Shown piece after piece: positions 51,907 through 61,172 of a stretch of 64,000 nucleotides of DNA (position 1 is its first letter; each line of letters opens with the position of its first letter). The notes under the pieces are model-generated. The model was not told the origin of the DNA. It ran no database searches and saw only the letters and a program-made list of their open reading frames with translations. The stretch is taken from positions 33,728,001 through 33,792,000 of the forward strand of contig OX597827.1 in the NCBI GenBank assembly GCA_951406725.2, in the 5' to 3' direction. The translations under genes were made by a program, and so were the position numbers. Origin of the DNA: Octopus vulgaris. Lineage: Eukaryota.

Positions 51907-51981
51907 TGTCTCTGATGGAATACCCAGTATAAGAAGATGCTAACTTAACACTTGGGATATCCTAGAAACAGCTGTAAGACA
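51907..51981 (+). ncRNA. Type I hammerhead-like fold (core CUGAUGG)
   Basis: UGUCU-CUGAUGG-[AAUACCCAGU...ACUUGGGAUAUCC]-UA-GAAA-CAGCUG-UA-AGACA. Confidence 0.65.
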
Positions 51982-52284
51982 TCCAATAATTAATTAATTA
52001 ACTAATTAATTACCTTAAATTCACTTTACTCAAATTAAATATTCTAAATAACTTTAGATACTCATCCTGCCTTGGTTTTTGTTGTCCTTTTCCTTCTAAT
52101 ATATACCTGCTAACTCAGAAGCCTATTACGGATCTCTAACTTCACCCTCAGTCGTGAAGTTGAAACCTAATGGATGATTTACAGAGTGAACCTATTCGTT
52201 TAGATCACTAGTGAACTAAACCCCTCATAACCAACCAGCAACCTACCTACCTAACTACATACATACATACATAAATACATATAT

Positions 52285-54696
52285 AACAAATGAAAGACAG
52301 AAGATGGAATATATGAGAATTTGTTATTAATCATGAGAAATGTTTTGACACATCTAGCATCGATTCCTTTTGGGTGGGGCACTCAACAACTAGTTCAGGT
52401 GCATCCAGTGGTGCAGATTATCTCATCGGGTGATAAATAAATAAATACAACTTGTTAAAATGATTGTTCCGCAATGTAACTTTCCGTTTTGTAGAGAGAA
52501 AAACAGCCAAACGGAGGAAATATCTTCATTTATATAGACAATCAAAAATAAAATCACAGATGACAAAAAGAGAAACAAACATGCAATCCAGTGAGAAAAG
52601 TTTTAAAAATAACCGTTAACAGATATGGATGTATAAACGCCCTCAGGCAAGCTGCATGGCACGAATACACTCACTCATACAAGCATCTGCAAAAATGTGA
52701 GAATATGCACAAATGAGTTTTGGTGCACTCATGATCACAAAGCGAGTTAGTTATTTTCCTTGGTTTTTATAAGAATGGGGAGGTTAAAAGAAAACTTAAG
52801 TCATCCATACCTTAAATTAAATTAAATTAAATTAACGGTTACTGAAAATTCATTCTCACTGCATTGTGCAAAAGTACATTTATATGCATGAAGGCATCTC
52901 AAGAGTTGTTCAGAAATTCTATTAATTATCTTCTTGTTAGTCCACAGAATAGACAGGGATTCCTTGGAGCAGAGACAGCATCTCCTGGAAATTATATTGT
53001 ATGGTTTGGCATACCTTACTATGGACCAATTAATGCTGTACTCCGTTTTATCCTCCTTCAGTCGCCATACAAAAGTCCGCCAAAGATGTTGAATGTCTCT
53101 TACTGATTGTCTTAAAGCTGGCAACATGGTTACGATAATGATTCTTAAATGTATCAGCCATCTGCCCAGTGTAAACATAGTGCCCTCCTTTTGTGTGCAT
53201 GGTAAATTTATATAAAGCTTTGTACTCTTTTGATTTATCTCTGCATGAGCATTTATCGTATTTATTTGTATATAAAGTAGTCCCGACTCCATAAACCAGC
53301 ATTGTTACCATGCTAGCTGTACCATAAGTATTTCTACTACTACAAATTGGTTGTAGTTGGTGTTTATCAATGCGGTTTACATCTCCTTGGTTGGTATTTA
53401 GATACAAATGTTCGCTAGATCCAGCCGGTGGGTTATTGAACTTTTGCCGCATTTTGCTATTGTTTATCCGATACATAAGCTGCTCTAAATTAGCAGAGTT
53501 GGCACAGGATACCTTCACTGTGTGTTGATTAAAAATAGCATGATGCTGATTAGATTTAGGAAAACACTTGTCCAAAGCAGCAAAAAATTTTCCAATGATC
53601 TTGGTTGAAACATGCAAACTGAAAATCGGGTTGAACCAGAGGACATTCTGATTCTTATATCTGTTGTTAGGCTTATTTGATTGAGTGTGTTGTACAGGAT
53701 TGGAACAAAGAGTTGAATTATTATGTCGCATGTGTCTATGAGTTTTTGTTGGTAGTTCATTGATATGACCAATTCTGGCCTGTATTCTTCATCCGAGTGA
53801 CTTCTCAAATGGTAACATTGTGGTGGTATACGATGTACATCGCAGTTGTAGAAATTACAGTGTTGCTTTTGCCTGTTTCTTGTATACATTGAATTTTTTC
53901 AGGGTACCCAGCCCTAGCTAGAGCATCATTATAATAAGATGCATGAGATTCGAAAATTTTATTGTTAGCAGATAATCTAGAGATTCTAGTAGAAATATTC
54001 TTAACTAGTCCCTGTATAATCGAGGGTGGATGGTTGGATGCTTCATTAATGCACTCAATATAATCATTTGGCTTATGAAATGGTTCAAATAATCCAGTAT
54101 CAAGACAGAAGGTAGAATCAAGAAAATTCACTCTACGATAATCTTTATCTATAGTAATGTTTAGTACTAAATTTTTGGAAAGGCTAAAGAAATTTTTCCT
54201 ATGCCTTTCTAACTGTACTTTGCTATTTCTGTCTAGAAAAAATAAGGCATCATTCCTATATAGACCCCCTGTTACTTCCAGAAAGGAAGACTGGATAAAT
54301 GAAAGGATATATATTCTGACTAGGTCACTAGCCTGAACGGAATCATGTGAGCCCATTGCTATATCAAATGCATTTTCCTTATCTATTCTACTCCATAATC
54401 TACCATCAAAATCTATTAGAGTGGCTTGCGCGGCAAGTATAATATCTATTTCGTGTCGGAACAAATCAGAATTTTCATGCAAAAAATCAGGGCTTGATTA
54501 AGAACGATCAGGTTGATAGTGGCAGAGTAGCTCTCTATATCTAGTTGCAAGAATTTACTAATTTCTAGAAGCTTGAACCATTCAACCATCTCTTGCATAT
54601 CAGACCAAAAGGTTAATCTAATTTTAGATTTAAGGATGGGTATTACTCTGTCAATGATTTTTTTTTACTAATAATGCCTATATCGGAGTTATTACT
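52285..54696 (-). mobile_element. Penelope-like retroelement (RT plus C-terminal GIY-YIG), frameshifted, 5' end cut by an RTE-tail insertion
   Basis: FLQLDIESY, FDIAMGSHDS, GLYRND (YRDD), VNFLD, SNHPPSII, LWFNPIFS, CSC, YTGQMADTFKNHYRNH, CCLCSKE, NRISEQLLRCLH; 3' end abuts (TACA/TA)n. Confidence 0.85.
52330..52434 (-). ncRNA. Degenerate HHR in the 3' terminal repeat of the Penelope-like element
   Basis: AUCAC-CCGAUGA-GAUAAUCU...AGAUGUGUC-AAAA-CAUUUC-UC-AUGAU; several core substitutions. Confidence 0.5.
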
Positions 54697-54850
54697 TGGA
54701 GTGGTTGGCATAGGAAGGGCATCCAGCCGTTGAAACCATACCAAATCAGACTGGAGTCTGGTGCAGCCTTTCAGCTTGCTAGCCCCAGTCAAACTGTCCA
54801 ACCCATGCTAGCATGGACAACGAACGTTAAATGATGATGATGATTATGAT
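54697..54850 (+). mobile_element. RTE-tail retroposon copy
   Basis: Family motif and (GAT)n tail. Confidence 0.8.
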
Positions 54851-55049
54851 ATATGTATATACAGACATACAGACGGATTAATATTCCAGTTACATATATG
54901 ACCACAGGCACCTGAGTGAATATACCATGAGTCTCAAGGCTGTACCTAGGAACAAACACTGCACCAATTGTACTGCACTTAAAAGACTCCAGATCCACAC
55001 AAATTGCAGGTTTCGAGTAAGATGAATAATAAACAAATAACAACGGATG

Positions 55050-55235
55050 GATATTAGTTCATTCACTACAGCTGTTTCAAATGAGTTTTTTTTTTATTGA
55101 TGAACAGAATTGTTACATCATGCAAAAAAAAACAAAACATTTTCCTCAAATGAATATACGTGAATTAAACATTAAAAAAAAAAGATATTCCAAGAATCCA
55201 CATTATGTACTATTTGGCACATAATTTCCTGGCTA
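55050..55235 (-). mobile_element. HHR-bearing short element (HHR-like fold 55061-55155)
   Basis: AUUCAU-UUGAGGA-AAAUG...CAUUU-GAAA-CAGCUG-UA-GUGAAU; inverted homologue at 56952-57121. Confidence 0.65.
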
Positions 55236-55854
55236 GCTTTAGTCAAAGACTGATTCATTTACCCTAGTTAGTAGCTTATACAGGAAAATCATCAAGGTAA
55301 CAAGAATAGGGAGAGAGGTGAGGATCAGTTGTAGTGGGAGGAAGAATACAGAATAGGGGGTGAAAATCAGATATTCTGCTCTAACTTCAAAAGATAAAGT
55401 TATTTTATTTTATCTTTAAATAACTGGCCAATAAAGCTCAAGTAAAAGAATAAACAACATTAAAAGAGGTGAAAGACTTTTATAGTGTGAGGAGGAATAT
55501 AGTATAGGGGATGAGAATTTGATATCTTGTTCCAACTTCTAAGATAAGGTTAATTTTATTTTCATTCTTTAAATAGCAGGACAACAGAGTTCCAGCCAAA
55601 AATGAACATTAACGGATAATATAAATTAACAGAGAGAATTCTTCAAATAGAACACTCATACCTTCATATGTGTACAAAGTTACAATGGGACATCTAATAC
55701 TAAAACGTAAAAATAAAATGAAAAACCCCTTACGTTGAGATAAAGAAACATAAAAGAAGCATAAAAGTGTACACCAACCCACATCTATTTATACACATGT
55801 ACCTACACTTACATTTATATACATACATAATCCCAACTAGCCATATAACACCCA

Positions 55855-56144
55855 TCAAGCCAAGCAAAATCGCAGTCATGGCAGATTCCGGTGTCACGCA
55901 AATTGGCACCTGTGCCAGTGGCATAAAAAAAGCACCTCGGTGTCACGCAAATGGACCTTTGCCAGTGGCATGTAAAAGAACCTATTACACTCTCAGTGTG
56001 GTTGGCATTAAGAAGGGCATCCAGCCGTAGAAAACCATGCCAAATCAGACTGGACTCTGGTGCAGCCTTCTAACATGCCAGGCCAGTCAAACCGTCCAAC
56101 CCATGCCAACATGGACAAGGGACGTTAAATGATGATGATGATGA
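55855..56144 (+). mobile_element. RTE-tail retroposon copy
   Basis: Family motif and (GAT)n tail. Confidence 0.8.
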
Positions 56145-56513
56145 TCTCTTATATAAAATCTGTTCTGTCTGTGTGTGGCTTTTAGGATCTCGGACATCCT
56201 CCATCCGATTGCGCTCAAATTTGATATGTAGATACCGACGGTATCAGGGTGTGTATAAGTCTTCAAAAAATTACAAAAATCGATTCCAGGAGAGAAGGCG
56301 ATCAATAAAGCTGTGGGAAATCGTTTTTCTTTGGAATAGAAAAAAAAAGTCTATAATTATTTCTTCTTTTGTTGGTCTCAAATTTAGGTTAAATCAGTGT
56401 TTCTCGAAAGGGAGGCCTATGGGATGGTCAGACAAGTTGTTTTGAGAAAATTTGGTTCAAATGTTTGACAACTCAGCACTGTCCATTGGACGGGAGGGGG
56501 GGCGTTTTGCTTG
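56145..56513 (+). mobile_element. Non-autonomous Helitron-like element
   Basis: A|TCTCTTATATAAAA...GTCTGTGTG...CCGATT...AAATTT 5' end; GTCC-ATT-GGAC hairpin ~20 nt before the CTTG|T end; no TSD. Confidence 0.55.
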
Positions 56514-56544
<31 letters not shown>

Positions 56545-56576
56545 GTGTGTGTGTGTGTGTGTATATGATATATGTA

Positions 56577-56623
<47 letters not shown>

Positions 56624-56951
56624 TCTATAACCTCTCCTCAAAGAGGAGGAAGAAAAGATCACATGGCTAGTTGTCGAACACACAAACAAAGGAGAAGGGT
56701 TAAGCACAAGGGATTGTCTCCCTTAGATTGTTGTCTGGAATACACCTGGTCAGCTTATGGGTCCCAGGATTTCAGCAGGAATCTCCTGGACGTGTAAGCA
56801 GGTTCCAAAGACTTCCACCCTGGAATTTAAGATGTTCCCCAGGTTGAGGGAGTTCTTTAATATTCCTATAATATACTTATTTTTAAACTGTACCTACATC
56901 TTTAAAAACTGTACCTACACTTTTAAACTACTACGCAACTATATTAATTTA

Positions 56952-57121
56952 TAGCCAGGGAATCATGAAGTGGCATATAATGTGGATTCTTGGAATGATT
57001 TCTTAAGTGTCTAAGTTGTGTATATTCATCTGATGGAAATATTTTTTCTCTCATGATGTAATAACTCTATTCATTAAAAAAAAACTTGTTTGAAACAGCT
57101 GTAGTGAATGAACTAATATCA
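56952..57121 (+). mobile_element. HHR-bearing short element (HHR-like fold 57024-57109)
   Basis: AUUCAU-CUGAUGG...GAAA-CAGCUG-UA-GUGAAU. Confidence 0.65.
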
Positions 57122-57407
57122 TTGTAAAGCAAATACCAACATGAGCTATATCTTAACTACAGTGGAAAAGGCTAGCCACTGGATTTGGTTAAAAAGAGAC
57201 AATGCGTTATGGCTAGAAGAATATTGAACTATATCTGATAACCAGTTGATCTAGCAATTAGGGCTTCATGTCAGTGAGGTGAGGGCCGGTGGTCGAGAGG
57301 TAGGCCTCAATACAGTACACATTCTTTCCTGATGGCTCCATACACTTGCTGGCTTCTGGTGTGAAGCTTTTGACTGGTAGCACTTGCATGTGCAAGTCGT
57401 TTGCAAA

Positions 57408-57441
<34 letters not shown>

Positions 57442-57442
<1 letters not shown>

Positions 57443-57727
57443 ACAATTGCAGTGTGGAAGGTGTTTATAAGCCATTTAAGAAACGCACAAAAGCCGTTCG
57501 ATTCACTTCAACATTTAAGTTTAATTTGTCAAAATATTTTCGTCGCTAAAATCCACGACCTGTTCACTGACAAAAATCCGTGTCAGCACGGATTTTTGTC
57601 AGTGAACAGGTCGTGGATTTTAGCGACGAAAATATTTTGACAAATTAAACTTAAATGTTGAAGTGAATCGAACGGCTTTTGTGCGTTTCTTAAATGGCTT
57701 ATAAACACCTTCCACGCTGCAATTGTT
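57442..57727. repeat. Near-perfect palindrome, 141-bp arms, 4-nt loop (TCAG 57583-57586)
   Basis: 57442-57582 is the reverse complement of 57587-57727, with one mismatch seen (57453). Confidence 0.95.
57595..57644 (+). ncRNA. Type I hammerhead fold with G3-C8 swapped core (mirror copy at 57525-57574, minus strand)
   Basis: UUUGUCA-GUGAACA-G-GUCG(10 nt)CGAC-GAAA-AUAU-UU-UGACAAA. Confidence 0.7.
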
Positions 57728-57776
57728 TTCGTTTCAGCACACGATCTCAGATCAAATTACTTGCTATGCGAGTACA

Positions 57777-57810
<34 letters not shown>

Positions 57811-58008
57811 CATACACACACACACACAAACATATAGGGTAAAAGGGTAAAGACCCCTTTTGGCTATGAAGGGAGGGCTTGGTGGCATGGAGAGTGGAGG
57901 AGGCTGGTATGCATGGGTGACTACTGGTCTTCTATAAACAACCTTGCCTGGACTTGTGACTCAGAGGGTAAATTTCTAGGTACAATCCTATGTTCATTCA
58001 TATATGAC

Positions 58009-58057
<49 letters not shown>

Positions 58058-58334
58058 CACACACACATACATGCATACACATGCACACATACAGTATAAC
58101 AAAACAAATTGGCAATTTTACAATAACTCTACAAATTATATTTTCATATTTTCACAAATTATATTTTCGATTTTAATATTTTGCACTCACACACAGCAGC
58201 AAGTGAGACTGCACATTTTATTGTAAGAATGGAAAAAACAGATTTGCTTCAAGAGAAAACAACTGGGATTTACGGTAAATACATAAATTACATAACTATC
58301 TATCTATCTATATATATATATATATATTATATAT

Positions 58335-58429
58335 ATACAAAATTTAAAGGACTGACCACTAAAAGTGAACAGTCTATATCTAGCATATAGACTGTCCACT
58401 TTTAGTGGTCAGTCCTTTAAATTTTGTAT
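58335..58429. repeat. Hairpin, 45-bp arms, 5-nt loop
   Basis: 58335-58379 pairs with 58385-58429, one mismatch. Confidence 0.95.
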
Positions 58430-58624
58430 GTAAAAAATATTTTTAATCTTCAGGTTTTTTAAAATATGCTAGGCCACTGGTTTTAATTGATTAATATCAA
58501 TTTCTACCCTTATTTAATTTATATATATATATATAGGGAGAGTTTACGAAAAAAACAAAAGACAAAGACAGGTGGTGTACAAAACAAACAGATGTATTAG
58601 TATAACACTCAGGAATAGAAAAAG

Positions 58625-58662
58625 TCTTTTACATTTCGAGCCTATGCTCTTCTACAGAAAGG
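58625..58662 (-). ncRNA. Minimal HHR-like fold (core CUGUAGA)
   Basis: CUUU-CUGUAGA-A-GAGC(AUAG)GCUC-GAAA-U-GUA-AAAG, inside a ~200-bp element (58537-58731) bounded by (TA)n. Confidence 0.5.
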
Positions 58663-58773
58663 GACACAAAAAAACAAGGAGAAACAAGGAGAGAAAAAAA
58701 TGTGTGTAGTGGCTAACGATCAATCATGGCTAAATATATATGTATGTATATATATATAGTTAAATGAATAGAG

Positions 58774-58980
58774 CAATTATTCATTATTAACAAATTGGTC
58801 ATCTTCACTTTATACATGTGATTCAATACCCAATAATTTAATTACAAATTTGTACATTAAAATTGCTCTCATGTCACATAAGTGCAAATTTGATGTACAA
58901 ATTTGTAATTAAATTATTGAGTATTAATTGAAACGGTTGTAAGAAGTGAAGACGACCGATTTGTTAATAATAAATAATTG
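58774..58980. repeat. Imperfect fold-back, ~95-bp arms
   Basis: CAATTATTCATTATTAACAAATTGGTCATCTTCACTT...CAATAATTTAATTACAAATTTGTACAT pairs with its reverse complement on the right. Confidence 0.9.
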
Positions 58981-59127
58981 TTAACTTCTTAATCTCCATT
59001 TTCTTTTCTTCTTTTAACTGGATATAAACTATATGCTAAATATATACCTATTGTTTTAAGGGAATTTCATTCTCCAACAATACTAGGTATTGAACCAGTA
59101 TTTCCTTCATGAGGTTAACATATCTCC

Positions 59128-59199
<72 letters not shown>

Positions 59200-59214
59200 T
59201 AGAGAGAGATGATA

Positions 59215-59359
59215 AGCTTCTTTCAGTTTGTGTCAACCAAATCCACTCACAAGGCTTTGGATAACCTAAAGTTATAGTAAAAGACAATTGCCCAAAGTGC
59301 TGTGCAGACAACATGGTTGGCAACAAGCTTTGTAACCACAAAGCCACAGACGCACCTAT
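59215..59359 (-). mobile_element. SINE family B copy
   Basis: Reverse complement of the family B 5' part. Confidence 0.7.
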
Positions 59360-60055
59360 AGCCATGTCTGCAGAATGTATTGTAGAAATGGTAAAGTTCT
59401 GGGCAGAATGTTGTGTAGAATTTATCTCTGTTTCTGTTGGCCACCACTGCCACCATCATGAACACCAGAATCTGGAAGTGTATGGCAATAGACTAGACAG
59501 CAGAGAGAATAACATCACACTGTAACTCCCATGATTCATATTTGTAGCACAAGTCTCAGATAGGTAGCGGTATGGTATAACTGGAAGAAAATAGATTTGT
59601 AGGTCATACTTGGTTTTTGGCCAATTACTTTGCATGCCATAGTTTGGGGTTCCATATTATAATCAACTTGGAAAGAGGTGTCTGTTACGTTGGCCTCAGA
59701 CACACTACACACAGGCAAAATCTTCAATGATTCTTCTGCAACTCCTTTCTTCTATATATGATAACAATGAAAGATAAAGGAATGGGGAAATATATGTAGG
59801 GGAAATTTGCAAGTTATATAAGATATGGGGTAGATATAATAAGAGGTAGTTTATAGGGATGGGCAGATGGTAAACATAGTGGGGTTGGTGTTTTATAATG
59901 AAAGGTGGTTGGTAGATACAGGGGGCATTTTAATATTTTATAATGAAGGGTGAATAGTAGTAATGTGTGAGGTTTTTTATTATAGTGAAGGGATTATTTT
60001 TGCTGTTTTGAGTAAATAAAAATAAATGTAAATATCTCTTAATTTCTCACAAATT

Positions 60056-60270
60056 TGTTGTTGTTTAACCTCAGGTCAATCTTGTTCAAGCATGTCTATC
60101 ATCAAAGACATTCCAGTGATGACCCTTCTGTCTTTTTTAATTCAGATATTGTGTATTGAGGACTACACTATCCAATGACTTTTTGTCTTGTTTTTAGACA
60201 GAGTAATTTGAGGTATATTTGGCTAATATTTCTAACATGTTGAGTACTTCATAGAGGCTCCATCTCAGTT
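60056..60270 (+). repeat. Unclassified ~200-bp interspersed repeat (family D)
   Basis: GTTGTTTAACC..AGGTCA...ATCAAAG.CATTCCAG...GACTACA.TATCCAATG...ATTTGAGG..ATTTGGCT..TATTTCTA; other copies at ~21358, ~50815(-), ~51405, ~61385(-), ~61555, ~61778 and ~63128. Confidence 0.65.
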
Positions 60271-60746
60271 AAAGTCTTTTGTTAGAGACTGCAGCTGAAA
60301 CACTTGGTGATATTTGTACTGATCTCTCCATGTTCTTCAGTTCTTGGATGGTTGACGCAATCCGTAAGCAGCTTTAACACCACCAGCATTTGGTCTTTGA
60401 GTGCTTTTAGCAGAATTCACTAAGTTAGAAGCACTTGAACTACATCTCCAGTTTCGCCTGTATTGGAGACCTTGTCAAAAATAAAGGATTACAAGTGCTG
60501 CCCTTCCTTCTCTGACACAATTGCATTGTCAAATTGTATCATTTTTGTCAAAAATATTAGTTAACCATTTGAAAGATACTGATAATCTAAGTACCATACT
60601 GAACTAGGGTCGATTAAATGGAAGGCAGTCTCCAGAATGACCAGAGTCTAATGACTGGAACCAGTACTAAAGACGACCAGAACTTTTAGTCTGGTGGTGC
60701 TCTACTATGCTTGTGACCCTTCCATCACCAAAACAACAGCAAATAA

Positions 60747-60958
60747 TTCTAATTTTGGCACAAGGTTAGTTATTTTAGGGGGAAGGGTTTAGTTGATTAT
60801 ATTGATCCCAGTGCTTGACTGGTACTTATTTTATCAACTCTGAAAGGGTGAAAGACAAAGTTGACCTTGATGGAATTTGAAGTCAGAATGTTAAGCTGGA
60901 AGAAATGCCACTAAGGGTTTTGTTTGGCATGTTACCGATTCTGTCAGCTCACCACCTT
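60747..60958 (-). mobile_element. SINE family A copy
   Basis: Homologous to family A. Confidence 0.75.
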
Positions 60959-60960
60959 AA

Positions 60961-61172
60961 CCCTTTAGTGTTCACATTATTCTGCCAAAATTAATCCTTT
61001 TTTATTCACATTGTTTTGAACTAATCATGCATTATCTTGTAGCTATGAGATTTTGATGGAGGTAGCTGTTAATTTTTAAAACGATATTGTAGGGTTGGTG
61101 TGAGAGACCAGATCTGGCCAGTTTGAACATAGAATAGGCAGAATACTTTTGGCCGGTTTAAATGCTAAACGG
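60961..61172. mobile_element. piggyBac-like MITE with TTAA TSD
   Basis: TTAA|CCCTTTAGTGTTCA ... TAAATGCTAAACGG|TTAA. Confidence 0.75.

Noticed and set aside
52822-54482. Selenocysteine recoding in the Penelope-like ORF
   Set aside because: The breaks are frameshifts, the Cys motifs use ordinary Cys codons, and no SECIS was identified.
59536-59751. Minus-strand exon-like segment with an acceptor at 59752
   Set aside because: Several competing splice sites and no protein similarity I can recognise.
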